The notes under the pieces were generated by a model. The model did not search any database. It was not told where the DNA came from and saw only the letters and a list, made by a program, of their open reading frames with translations. Positions 14,001 to 26,589 of a DNA stretch of 64,000 nt are shown piece by piece. Numbering within the stretch: the stretch's first letter is position 1; the number at the start of each line of letters is the position of its first letter. Source of the stretch: Marsupella aquatica (Eukaryota > Plantae > Marchantiophyta); contig OZ316895.1 in NCBI GenBank assembly GCA_973895155.1, forward strand, positions 1,502,412 to 1,566,411. Direction: 5' to 3'. The position numbers and the translations under genes were made by a program.

Positions 14001-14156
14001 ATGCAAGTGGATTCCAGGAATATTGTTAAGCAGTATCAAGCCACTGGGTATATATGGGAGCACTATGATGAAGAATCTGGGGGTATAGGGCAAGGAGTGC
14101 ATCCGTTCACAGGGTGGTCTTCCTTGGTGCTTCGAATGATGGCAGAAATGTTTTAG
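5011..14156 (+). CDS. GCS1: Mannosyl-oligosaccharide glucosidase I-like (GH63) type II membrane protein, 24 coding exons, divergent paralog-like
   Basis: Exons read with GT-AG junctions and a continuous frame: 5011-5112, 5281-5757, 6491-6564, 6781-6928, 7066-7196, 7377-7536, 7858-7944, 8189-8257, 8741-8825, 8943-9025, 9276-9386, 9556-9680, 9821-9928, 11052-11125, 11350-11475, 11634-11698, 11911-12051, 12290-12349, 12504-12560, 12820-12972, 13138-13229, 13389-13498, 13711-13774, 14018-14156. Motifs: N-terminal SSRRGR (Arg-based ER signal-like), [118 protein letters not shown]. The first exon and start codon (5011, 5071 or 5365) are less certain. Confidence 0.93.
6955..7058. repeat. ~53-bp tandem duplication inside a GH63 intron
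   Basis: CAGT(A/C)ATTCGATACCGAATGCC(G/A)TCTCTGATCTGGATCTGGATGGAACA occurs twice. Confidence 0.85.
9998..10100. repeat. Intronic inverted repeat (hairpin) with an internal duplication
   Basis: ATTGCTACACTCATCACTCTCATGAGC (from 9998) is complementary to GCTCATAGAGAGTGATGAGTGCAGCAAT (ending 10100). Confidence 0.7.
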
Positions 14157-15101
14157 AGATCCTTAAGGTGCCGACACTAATGGTGACTACGTAGGGTCTG
14201 TGCTACATATAACAATAAGGTTTAATTCCCCAATAGTTTGGAGTTAAGGTTACTTTGTATTGCACAGCGAGAGGAACTTCACTATGAGGCCGAACCTGGT
14301 GCTGTGTTGAGAGACGTGGAATTGTTGAGTGTTGCGTGAGAGTAATCGACAGTTCAGTAAAAGGACATGCTTCTAGTGCAGCTAGAAGTAGACCAGCCTG
14401 AAGAGAGCTCTCACAACCTTGCTCACAACCTACGGCATGCTCCAAAGATGTTCATTGACTGGTGGGTGGATTGTCTTTGGCTTTGACGGCAAAATTAAAA
14501 CACAATGTGTAGAATTGGAGAATGGACGGAACTCATCGGTTTCAATATCTAAGAGTAAGCTTGTCGTGCTTTCTCACTCGAGACCTGCGAAAAGACATGA
14601 ACCAACAATCCCAAAGACGGTGATGTGGCAGCTTGCAATTCTATGTCCAGGACTTTCCTTAACAGCTTGCACATTGCCACTAAAGATGCTAGCCACTAAA
14701 GATGTTATATTATAGTTTACTATAGGATATCATAGTTTTTATAGTACTTTGTTCAACCATATTTGTAAATATAAAAAAACATTATTACAATATGATCAAT
14801 TTGAACTTGGCAAATAATTATAAGTTGCTTTCCTTAAACCACGCCACTAATTAAAAGATATTTTCCTTAAACCACCAGGAAGGCCAAGAACTACCCCTTT
14901 TCTCACATTTCACTCAATTCTTTTTTTCTACTTTTGAAGGGCAAATGTGGTTTAATTAATCCCAGCAGTTGCCCTATGGGACAAGGACTTTTAAGTGTGA
15001 AAAATGGCCAAATTCCAGACCAATAAAAAGTATTGCCTCCATTTGCAATTAACCACTTGTAGTTTTGGGGAACGCCAGTTTCCCATCTTACCCCATCATT
15101 C

Positions 15102-15124
15102 ACGGTCATGCTTGAACAGGATCT
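15102..15124 (+). pseudogene. Possible 5' fragment of U3 snoRNA
   Basis: ACGGTCATGCTTGAACAGGATCT resembles the plant U3 5' end as I recall it (ACGACCTTACTTGAACAGGATCT, boxes A'/A). No downstream U3 sequence or snRNA promoter follows. Confidence 0.3.
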
Positions 15125-16935
15125 AAGGTCCCAAATGAATCTAAGTTATCCTTAAATTACTTACATCCAAAGTTCATAAATCAAAGTAATAAAATCATTT
15201 GCATTTGCCATATACAGTACCATTAGCCATATACTTAACATATATATAAGAGGGAAGTGTCCAGCCCCTGCTTATACAATGACACTCACTTCACGCCAGA
15301 TTTCTTTAGGATGACATCAACAAACAAATTTTAATGGTGGCTTTGGGTAACGCATAGCTTTTTGAAAATGCCAGGTTACTCTAGAATTATAGGAGAAAAA
15401 CAACTTTGTATGGTGGCCGCCTAGCTTTTTGAAAGGTAGGTGTGGTTTAATAAATCTAGCAAGATCCAAAAGTTCATAAAAAGGTCAAAGAAATAAATTT
15501 TGACGAAAATAATATTCTGAGAATCGTTTGCATTCGTGGCGAGAAAGAGAAACTACGCCACTGTGCTCGTCATCATTCTGGCCTGCCCTGTCCTTTGACA
15601 AAAGCGCACGTGGCGCCACCCTGCTCGTCGTGCTGTCCTGGTGGCTGATGAGTACCCTGCGAATGTTTTTCCACCTACCCTGACTCTGGTTAGATCCGGG
15701 GCACCCAAAGGCATGCCTGCCTACTTGCCTACCGTAGCGGAGGCTGACCCGTACTGTACATCATACATGGTGCCTACGGCGTGTGTCCGTGACTGGCCCC
15801 GCCTTGCCTGCCCTGCCCTTCGTCGGGGTGGGTTTCATGGCCAGGGGGTGGGGGGTGCGGGGTGCGGGGTGCGAACACTCCCCCTCCCACCCTGTGGTCC
15901 CCGAGGTACCGCACGGACGATGAGGAATTTCGGCTCCTACGGTAATGACCACGTTCAACTTTATATAGGTGGCTTTTGTTAAAAGCTTGAGGGATATTTT
16001 CGATGCGTGGTTGAAGAGAATTCTAAATAGGTTGATGTTAACACTGACTTATAGGTGTGTAGCTTTGCTTTTTGAGTTAGAGAATGAAGTGAGGCACCCG
16101 AGAACTCATCTTGGCAACAAGACCCAAGCTCCTCTAATGCTTGCAGTAGACCCATAGTACGTTTTAGAGGCAGACCTGTGCTTGGGTGATTTTTTAGATT
16201 TTAAAAAACAATTGTGAGACCCCACATAAAAGGAACAGTCAGTCATAACATTTGAATCTAAGATCAATGAGTGGGCTACTCAAGGGGCTACCACATAGCC
16301 ATGCCACTCTGGGCTATGCTTGGGTGACTTTAAGATCCGATTCATGCTATGTTAATTTTAATAGTGGACCCATGCTCGGCAGATGTGAGATAATAACCCA
16401 AACTATTTGCAAGAGTCCTATCAAACCGTATTTCATAGTTTAGGGGAAGTTCTCTACCTCACAATTGACAGGACTCAATTTAAGCGTTCACTATATGGGA
16501 GATCTCATGGAGGAAAGATGGGCGAGGTTATAGATAATCATAAATAAGTAAAACAGGGACACCAAACTCCAATACCAAACCCCACACAACAAGATAGAGC
16601 TAAAAGTTGGGGCAGGTTCGAGATTTCTGAGGTCATAGTTATCTTGTACCTCAATTTCTAGAGACTTCTAGTCCCCCAACCATCATGCATGCGAGGAGTG
16701 CTGGCGTGCATCTGTCACTCCTTGTTCTCGTAAAAAGTGGGCCCATCTTTAATGGATCAAATCAGACTTTACGTAAGCCACTGTAAGTTCTGAAGACTAC
16801 TTACGTTATTATTCAGAAAACCAAACTTTGAGAAAAGAACAAATTTACTGGAAAAAGCCAAAAGAAAATAACAAGATGGAAACAAAGAAACCCAAACAAG
16901 CTAAAAATATCTGCCACCTTAGCGTTGCATGGACA

Positions 16936-17206
16936 CAAGCCATGGGCAAGCACCCCTTCCACACTATGTTTGACAATGGACAATTCCACATTCATTGGCG
17001 GTCCATGAGGAAAAGGTATGGGCAGGCAGTCGCCCCCTCCCATATTTTTGACAGCATTTGACCACAATTTGACTTTGATTAAGTATAAGAAGGGGGGGGG
17101 GGGGGGGGGGGGCATGAGGACAAGGGATGGGCAGGCAGTCACCCCTTCCACATTATGTTTGACAACACTTGACCTCAATTTGACTTTGATTAAATAGAAA
17201 TGGGGG
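16936..17206. repeat. Degenerate ~110-bp tandem repeat with a poly-G tract
   Basis: ATGGGCAGGCAGTC.CCCC.TCC...A.T.T.TTTGACA.CA.TTGACC.CAATTTGACTTTGATTAA occurs twice, plus one partial copy. G-run at ~17092-17112. Confidence 0.75.
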
Positions 17207-19665
17207 GTTACTATATATAGGCCCTAGGCTTTCTCTTATGACCCTTTTTTCTCTTGAAATGATCCTTGTCCCATTTGCATACATACTTACCACACTAGAT
17301 GTGGCTCATTAGAGCACCACATGCACTATTGCACCGTACCTGTAAAGATTACACCTATCATCTTGCCTATCGTTTGGTGAGTTTAGAGTTTGTATTTGTT
17401 CTCTTGTATTATGTTTTCCTCTCTCTATAGCAAAAGAAGACCCAAAATCTATACAAACAGGAACAAACAAAGTACAATGAATGGAATTCAAAGCAAAAGA
17501 GGTCCAAAAAGGAACTCCTGAAATGAATGAAGGTAATGCAATAATGACTGCATCTCTCAAAAATGAGCTTAAAATGGTAGGGAACCCTCCTCGACCTCCA
17601 TGAGAGGTGAAAGTAAATAAAGTCCTATTGTCAGCAAAAAACATTTTGGCCAACAATGAGTCAGATGTTGTTGCCCATGCACCCAAAAAGCCAAAAGTGC
17701 AATGCTCTCAATGTATTATAGTGAGTCCAAAATCACCTTGAGAAATAGGAAGAGTGCATTGTTGATAGATGCCACAGAGATGAGGAAGAACCAACATCTA
17801 GAAAGGAGGCAACAGTCTTATTGTGAACAGAGAGATCAAGCGCATGTATGTGTAGACTATGATACTTGGTATAGGGGTATATATATCCTAGCCAGAGAAG
17901 ACCTTCTAGCTAGGGTGGAGGCATCTCAACAATATCCCAAATACAACCTAAGTATCTACTAACTTAGGAAGCTAAGGAGCTTGGGCTAAACCCACAAGTA
18001 GAGGATTTGCAATAAAAAAAAGAGCAAAAGGTAACAGTTGAGAGATTGTCAGTGTTGGTTACACTGTCTGCCTTCTATTAGGGAGTCTCAAAACTAGTTC
18101 AGAAGTAGATCCACATGGAAAAGTATGTTAGTTGATAGAAAAGTAAATTAATGGACTGTCTAAAATGGTCGCCGATAAATGTTGTTGATGTACTTTAACA
18201 TAGTCCTATGGGGACGGACGGTGACTGCCAAACCTGACTTTGAGATGCCCTAGTAGAAATGGTTGTGTTGGAGAGTACATGCAACTGGAACCTGGCTGGC
18301 TGGAAAGTAACAATGGCAGGTTCATGGTGAGGTTGACATCATTCCCTTGAATTCTTCTTGTTTCTGGATCTTCTTATTAAATTTGTATTTTCCTTGAAGT
18401 TTATGGACAATACCCCCACCACCACCACCTCTCTCCCCTCCCCTCCCCTCCCCTCCCCTCCCCTCCCCGTGCCAGCTTGGCTGAAGGATTCCCTGCCTTA
18501 AATCTTGTATCCGTGCCGTGGTTTCTTGCAACTATTTTTCCATTATTAGTTCGAGTTTATGTAACTTTGGTAAACCATCCCCTCTTGGTGGCTCCTTCTC
18601 ATGTTAGAGAGAGTTTATGTTTGGTAACTATCCTCTCTTGGTGCCCTGCTGGAAATCACAGATCAAAATGTGGTAATATAAGGTGTGCACTTATTGATTA
18701 AAGAAAATAAGGAGGTTTATGGTATGGAGAGATATCTTACACACACTTATATGTCATATTTTGATGTGCATTTACTCTATATGTCATATTTTACTGTATA
18801 TGTCATATCTTGACGCAATTAAGCAAGATCCCTCTTGGTTGCCATGGCCCATAACCCCCTCATTCTAGCAAACCTCTCAGGGACTGGTTACCATACACTT
18901 TTTGCAATTACTAGGGTCTATAAATCCCAAACGTATTGATGGAAACGAATGTATAGCAGATCAATATATTTTCATGCATGCATAAACATGTTGTGGGCAG
19001 GTTGGCAAAGGAGGCTCTCGTAAGAAGTTCGTTTCCAGCAATGTACACTTCTCTAATTTCTGGCTCCACTCCATCATGCCAGCTTTCGCTTGGTCGGCGT
19101 TATTGTTCTATAGTGCCAGGTTTCAAGTTTGGAGGTGGTTTGGTTGATTTACGGGTATCCAAATGTCGCCTGCCTAACTTTGGATTGTCAATCAGAGCTC
19201 TTTCAATTTACTTGGGTTTCGATTGCTTCCTGGATTGAGGATTGTACAATTGCGTCCAGTCCATTGTGAGCTAGAGGGTATCGGCAAAGTTCAATGGGGG
19301 TTTTCTGTCTAGAAATACTGTTCTCTCGAGTATACTTTCATTGGGTGTTCAGTGAGTAGGCAACACGAGATGCCAAATCTTACGAGTGGGCTCAATTGAG
19401 CTCATTGGGCAATGCTCGGTCGTTACATATTGGCACGGTGGGTCTCCATGAATCAGTTCTTGATGAAGAGGGAAGGCTAGCGAAGAGAATGATAGAAATT
19501 CTCACACTCGACATCGATGTGACTTGAGCCCCGTTCTGACGAAATAATTACGGGGGACTCTGGAAATTGTGCTCCCAGGGATGATCTGACCAAAAATTGC
19601 TAGAATAGGAAATGAGGTTGGCTTGATGTTAGTCTGCTGAGTGATTTGCTGTGTAAAGCCTCGAT

Positions 19666-20070
19666 TTACAAGAAGCACTGATATTCTCCAAACCATACAA
19701 CAAGATTCTCAACGAAAACTTGCAGGTTCGTTGCCTGATTTCGTCGAATGTGGGAACACACGGATGGATATGAGAATCGCACTAGATAATTATGGACTCC
19801 TCTAGGTTCCCTGGGCATCGTACGTAAGAGTCCGTGTTCAGTCTCACCAAGTTCCTTCAGGCCTCTCAACAGTTCAGCTTCTTCGATACAGAACTTGATC
19901 ATGTTCCTATCTGCCCTCTTGCACGCTCCCCAGCCCTAATTAAATTGCAACTAAGAAACTATTGGAGATCAAATCTACCTCATTAATGTTTAAAACACAT
20001 ATACCTTCACAGCGTTTCCTTTCACCTTCAAGGGAGTTTCGGCCGTACATTAGCTTGGGCTCCAGTCCTC
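19666..20070 (-). pseudogene. Unidentified spliced coding relic
   Basis: A GAAG|GTATAT donor (~20004) and an ATTAG| acceptor (~19936) join in frame to give GLEPKLMYGRNSLEGERKRCEGLGACKRADRNMIKFCIEEAELLRGLKELGETEHGLL. Downstream frames are broken by stops. Family not recognised. Confidence 0.25.
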
Positions 20071-23019
20071 CCGATGGAAAGAAATAAGATGATGTAGGAT
20101 ATGAGTCAGTGGCAATTCTTTCGAAATTTTGAGGGTGACTGTTTCAAATGACATAATCAATCGAATCGATCCCCGTCAGTTGAGTCCCGGCCCAGTTGTG
20201 CTACTTGGAATCGCGGCAATTAACACGTACGTTGAAAATCTTTCGTATGAACCACATCTTTTTGTGTTATTTGGAAGGTTCGCAAGAACCAGCAGAGCGG
20301 GCCCGGTGTGGGCGAGATCAACATGAAGGGGGCAATTCAACAATGACAGACGCATCAGACTCGTAAAATATGAAGACGTAACAACCACATCTCACTCTTT
20401 AAACATGAGTTAACATGAACCAAGGTAAATCTAAAGATGTACGACGGAGGCGCTTTAGAAGAACGATGCCTTTCTTGCAATTTGCCTGCAAGCCGCCACT
20501 AACATCTGTAGGTAATCCACGGCCTACGGAACCACGTAGCCAACTTTACTTAATAATGTACATAGATTAAGGTGTGAAAGCACAGTAGCTGAGCAATTAG
20601 AAAACCTTCGACTAAGATAAACTGGACATTTTTGGCGGATGTAGGTCGGAAAAACGTTTCCTTCTTTGTCTGAACGATAGACAAGTTATATTCATCAATC
20701 GACGGTGAAGCACAGGCACTCGCTTGCAAGCTAACAATCCCCATTAGGTAGGAAAACTTATGCACTTTACTCGTTCAATGCATTATGAATATGAATGTAA
20801 CATGGCATAGGGTAGGCAGCAGAGATCTACCTATATTGGTGGCCTCTCTACGACTCCCACACCTACGATTGCTCATCAAAAAATTAGAGAACATGATGTA
20901 ACGATCTGCTAGTTCACTTCCTGCTGATTCACCTCCAGCCTTAAATTATTCAAGTTAATCTTTAGAAGCCATGCACCAACGGGAGCATTGATTTCAGGTC
21001 CGTTTACTGCATTAGGTCGAACTTGACAGTCTATCGTACGTAGACTCAAACTTCGCTAATTCGCTTGCATTTGAAGGTGGCGGTGTGTACTGTTTCTAAA
21101 TTTAATTCTCATTTCTTCATGACTCAGGGACCCATTCATCGAAATCAGTGAGCAGGGACCCACTAATCGAAAAGCGATGTGGTTGCGATAAAATCGAGCA
21201 GGGATTTGCCTTGCATGCAGGTCTTCATAGGAAATCGTCAAATTTGGGGTTTGTGGCTCTGGCAGTCTGTGGCGCGGGGTCTGTGGACTGTGGAATTCAA
21301 AGTTAGAACCAACTGTTTCATCGATCCGACGGTGCCACTTGTTACTACCCTGAAGCATCTCTTCATATATTTATTTGTGGCACTCTTACTTCTGCTTCAC
21401 TAGCCGCCGCTGACTCTGGCCCACTTATCTAAAATATACAAGGCTGCCACAAGTAACAAACGTCACTACCATATTGGTACTGTAGGTAGAGGACCCGCTA
21501 CGTGGGCCATGACTGAGACATGAAGGGCATTTCTTTTCTGCCTGCGGGCAAGGAGGTGGGTACCCAAGAGAATGAATGATAGTAGACCAGGATTCTCGAC
21601 GTCAAGCACAATCAATTGGAGCTGCATGATCAACTGGAGCGCTCGAGCTGTTTAGTACAGCGATCAAGCTCGGCGAAGACTGACACGCATGATCATCAAT
21701 AGCTTAATTTCTGCCTATCGAGTAGCTACAACAGTTTCTTCCCTTTCTTTAGAGAAGCAAATACTGATTTTCTCTATTAAATTTGCCTCAATTCGACTGC
21801 CAAAAAAAAAGGTACCCAAACAGACCCAGAGAAAGTACTCCTCTTCACGTTTTCATGTCTGAATCAATCTAAGCGGGCCATTAAACCCACATGCTGCTGG
21901 TTGACAGGATTTCTACAGCACAAGCTTCCCCATCCCCCAGGTGCACATCCTTCTCATGGGCAGAATCGAATCTTCTATGAGGGCGGCTCCCAATCGATTG
22001 TTACGTTGCAGCACGACGCTTCGGATATTTGGTCGGCGGTTCTCCACTTTTCCCATCCCTTTCATGACACGGTCTTCTGGACTCCTGGCAGCTCGTTGTT
22101 ATGGCGGATTTCCCAGAGTTTCAGCTCCCATTTCATGGAGCTACTTTACGCCACTTCTAGAGGTACACCCTATTACTCCTCTCGGAGGTGGTGCCCAATT
22201 GCCCATGCTTTGTGTCTCATGGTCCTTGCTTCGGCGCAGTTTCTCGTTTCTGTGATGGGCCCTACTTTTCTGCAGCTTTTCTATATTTTCATGAGGTTCC
22301 GCAATCGTTATCGATACTTCGATACCCTTTCTTCGAGAGGCGGTCCCCACAGAGTGTGTCCGAAAGTCTTTGAATGTGATCGAATGGCAACGCAAGCATG
22401 CCACGTATCCGTAGACGGTCCTAAAAAGAACCACTCCCGTAGCCCCGTCAGCAAGCGAGAGCGTGCCAAGTGTGCCATTGGCTGCTGCCATGTCATCCAG
22501 ATGTTTACGTCCATTTCTAGCACGTTACCGCGGTACATATTGCTCCGTATTACTTTTGCTTAATTGCTTCTCATTCTGCAATGGGACCCATGGCTGGGTG
22601 GGTCTGGAGAAAAGGGTCCAATCCTGAAAAATAAAACATAATTATGTCTACCGTAGTGTTGTCGCTTTACTATTATTTTCAATCATGAAATTTGCCCGTA
22701 CCTACTGCCTTTATGAGGGAAGTCACTAAACTAAGGAAAATTTGCCCTCATCCAGCGACTTTTCCGGGAAATGTCACAGGAAATTTGTTAAATAGGGGAG
22801 ATTGGACACCATAAGACCATATATATCCGTGTTGTAAAGGCTAAAGGCTTCTTACAGGCTACAGCGATGCACCGAAAGTAGTAAACCTCACAAGAAGCCA
22901 AACTTAATGTCAGAAGATTGACAACTATAAATGTGTCAACACTAAAACCTGAGTGTTCATTCAGTCTGTTTTTGGACCGAGATTCTACATATGGGCAAAA
23001 GTTTTTGGGACCCACTTAG

Positions 23020-23956
23020 TTATATGCTTGATGGGACCCTTCCCAAATTAAGTGATGGGCCCTTATGAAAATTTTACTAGAAACTAGGTCCCCCCACAAA
23101 AGTGTTTTTACAAACTAGGCTCCTTGAGTAGATTATGCACACATGGTTCTTATATGTGCTATCTAAGTGCATTGTCACCCATACATTTTCCATTGCGTGT
23201 ATGTTTATCTCGACGTCTATGCTAGGATTATGTCTTCACATGATTGTAGAGTTTTAAGGGATCTGCTCTTACATGCTACTGTAGTTCTTGCAAGCTCCTG
23301 TATCAACTTTCCCATTACAATTAACTCTATGTTATCTTTGTTTCAAATTTAGAAAATTTAGAAAGTTGCAACAAGGGCAAACAGCCAAAAGTGAAAGATC
23401 CTTGGTTCTTTCCATATTTAGACAAATTTGGGATCTAGTTGTGAGAAGACAACATCCATGTTGTCTTTGGTCCACACTTAGACAATGTTTGAATGTTATA
23501 GTAAAGGCCAATGGCCAAAAGTAGAGGATTCATTCCATACTTAAGACAAATAACAAAAAGAAATACAAAATATCATGCAAACCATGTGTATATGTTGCAT
23601 GAAGCAACCTAAAGACTTATGGTATGGTAGATATTAAAACACAAAAACATGATGGAGTATGGTAGAAATTAAAACACAAAAACATAAACCATATTGTCTT
23701 CATTAAGTAATTCACAGTTTGCACAACAGCCACCACTATTCCATGTTTCCCCCTACTATGTACTTTGTCATTCAGCACAATTTGACTCTAAATTTCACTG
23801 TAGCTCTTATTGGTGACAATATCAAACTAATACTCCTTATAGTAAATGTTACAAGAACATATGATGCAAAAGTGTAAGGGGGGCCTAATTTGTAACAAGA
23901 AATTTGGGAGGGCCTATGATGTAAATTGATTTTGGGAGGGGTCCATCAAGCATATA
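23020..23956. mobile_element. Non-autonomous TIR DNA transposon (~935 bp), TA-flanked
   Basis: The left end TATATGCTTGATGGGACCCTTCCCAAA matches the reverse complement of the right end TTTGGGAGGGGTCCATCAAGCATATA. Imperfect similarity extends ~80 bp. The interior is AT-rich with no transposase. Confidence 0.65.
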
Positions 23957-23994
23957 TACCTCCTACACTCCAGCTAATGATAGGTAATGTTTTA

Positions 23995-24700
23995 CGCCGC
24001 GTCCATCTTGTACAGTGAACTTTTGCCAGAGACCATGAATCTATGGTGGAAATTGAGAGATGCAAAGGAAAAAGACAAGTTGCTTTGTCCTGGGATCCTT
24101 TTTGGACTAACCACAGTAGGATCTGCAAACTTTGGCGCCAAGTGACCTCCTCTCTTCTTGTAAAGTGAGCCTTGGCCAGAGACTATAAACGTATGGTGGA
24201 GATTGAAAGACGCAAGGAAAAATGCAAACTGGTTGTCCTAGCTTGGACCCACTTCAATCCAAATAGGATATCTAAACTTTGACATCAAGTGGCCTCCTGG
24301 CTCGTTGTAAAGTGAACTTTGGCCATGAATCTGTGGTGTGAATTGAAAGATGCAAGGAAAACGCTGCAAACTGCCTTGTCTTGGGACCCACTTCAAGCAG
24401 GATATGTAAACTTTGACACCAAGTGACCTTCTCCCATTTTGTAAAGTGGACTTTGGCTAAAGATTTAAAAATGCAAACTAGTGCCACCATTGTAAAATGC
24501 CGCCCCCCTCCCCCACCCCCTACAATATGTATTACTCTGCCAAAAAATAAAAAGGCCCATATATAGCGAGAGAGAATATCAGAACTTTTGTAACCTCTCA
24601 TTTTGGAAAGTTAACTTTTGCCACGGATCACAAATCGATGGTGTAGATTGACAGATGCAAGAAAAAAATGCAAACTACTGCCACCATTGGAAAGTGCGCC
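23995..24700. repeat. Degenerate ~150-bp tandem array (3-4 copies)
   Basis: The unit TTGTA(A/C)AGTGA.C.TT.GCCA...ATGAATCTATGGTGGA.ATTGA.AGA.GCAAGGAAAA...GTC.T.GGA.CC...AAACTTTG.C.CCAAGTG.CCT recurs. Confidence 0.75.
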
Positions 24701-26589
24701 TTACAAAATATATTTTACTTCTACAGCATAAAAAGCGTCAAATAGGCAGATCTCTTGTCTTCCTAGAGTACTAGGAAATACATATGCTAGGGCATGATTA
24801 GGTCGCACCCTTCCAATGGCGGGCACAAACATAGAGGACACAAGAATAGGGACGGGTCAAAACTTGCTAACTGACAAGTTATCGAAGTATCTGCGACACG
24901 TGGACGGTAGGAAATCAAGTTGGCCTAGAAATAAATAGTCATTAATATATTAAGTAGTGTTGGTGGAAAGTAGAAAAATTTCATAGCTAACATTCTAGTA
25001 ATATTCTTAGATTTGTATATAAAACACTGATTTCTTAGTGTCTGAATCTTTTGAAAGTACCAAAATAAAATCTAGAGAAATTATATTGGGCTTTGTGCTA
25101 TCATTTGAATAGAAAAATATATATTGCTTTCAGGCGCAGAGAATGGATGAACCTGATCATCATCCCCTATATAGTAATTAAGCATCACTTAATTGGATTG
25201 ACAGTCGATTTAATTATGGATCATATTTTTTTATCAAATGCATGGCATGTTGTTGCTCACCTCAGAAGTTTCAATTGCAAACATGAACAGGAGGTGTTAG
25301 GCAAGAAACAAGCACGACTCTTTGTGATTGGGGCAACGCCTGAGCAAATATTCACACCCAAGAATGATAATACAATGGTAAATTGACAATTAATCTGCCC
25401 AATGACAAAAGGAGCCAAAAAAGGAACTGCTTATATCCATATAGTTAAAATATATAATTTATTTATAGTTAGTTTAGGAATGTTTTGAGCATTTTAATGT
25501 AAACAGTGACTTTGCAGTGAACGCAGTATTTTGTAAAATTGAAAAATAATGATAATAGGAGAACATGTATTAGCTTCATATATAACACTGCAGAAGGCAG
25601 AAAATGCCAAATAGGACTCAGACATGATCCCAAAGTCAATACAACCCAATGAAGGGGAGAAAAAGAGGAAAAAGGACCCCAAGAAAAGCAAGCCAAGGGG
25701 ATTAAAGCATTTAAGCATACTTAACTAAGGGGTCTACAACCTACTTGCGCTAGCTTATGTCAGTAAGTTATTTCTCTCCTGGTCCATGCCTCACAGGTTA
25801 ATAACAGTGAGAATATTTTGGGACGTTGCGATCAGTCAATCATCTTTCTCATGAAAGTTTGATTCCGAAACCTAGAGATGGCTCAATGCAGTTGTACGTG
25901 TTAAGCTCAGAGTTAAGCTGACAATCTAACAAGAATAAATGGCCATTTTGATGATGTAGTAGTAGTATTCAACTAAGTGATTGAAGTTTATATACCAGGT
26001 AAAAAACAAAGTACATTGAAAGGCAAGGAAAAGTGGTCCAACTTAGAAATAGAGGTCCAAAAAGGACTGTCAAAGAACGAAAGGCTTCAAACCTGGAGAT
26101 ACCATACCAAAAACCCAATAAAGGGGGGGGGGGCAAGGAAAAACATGGGAGTATAAAAATGCCCAAGTGCCAGCTGATTTTAACAACAAAAAGACTGAAA
26201 ATCCAAGTAGAGATTTGGAGTAAATAACATGGACTAGTCATGAGAAGGAATTTGACTAGGATCCCCCTAAAACTAACTATCTCAACCCTATGACAAATAG
26301 GGAATGTCTCTCAACCCTATGTAACCCTATGTCTTTCGACCTCTTTTTCTTTTCATTGTACTCTGTTTTTTTCCTCGTTAATAAACTTTGGTGGAATTCT
26401 CTCTAAGTACATAATGAAACTAACACAAGCTGCCAAAAAAACAAGTGAGGACCCAAAGTGAACTTGTTGAAATAGCAACAACCATATAGAACACTAAATG
26501 AGTACACCTAACCATTTTGATTCCAGTCTGCGTTAGGACATGATTTCAAGCCTTCTAGGGTGAGCGAGTGAGTGGGGGCAATTAGATTA

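Noticed and set aside
17283-17291. ATACTTACC, U1 snRNA 5'-like (similar word at 30171)
   Set aside because: No continuation into U1 stem-loops or an Sm site, and no USE/TATA promoter.
21901-22563. 220-aa ORF and overlapping ORFs (REWFF resembles a NAC-domain word)
   Set aside because: TTG start, no further NAC or other motifs, and no splice pattern supporting a gene.
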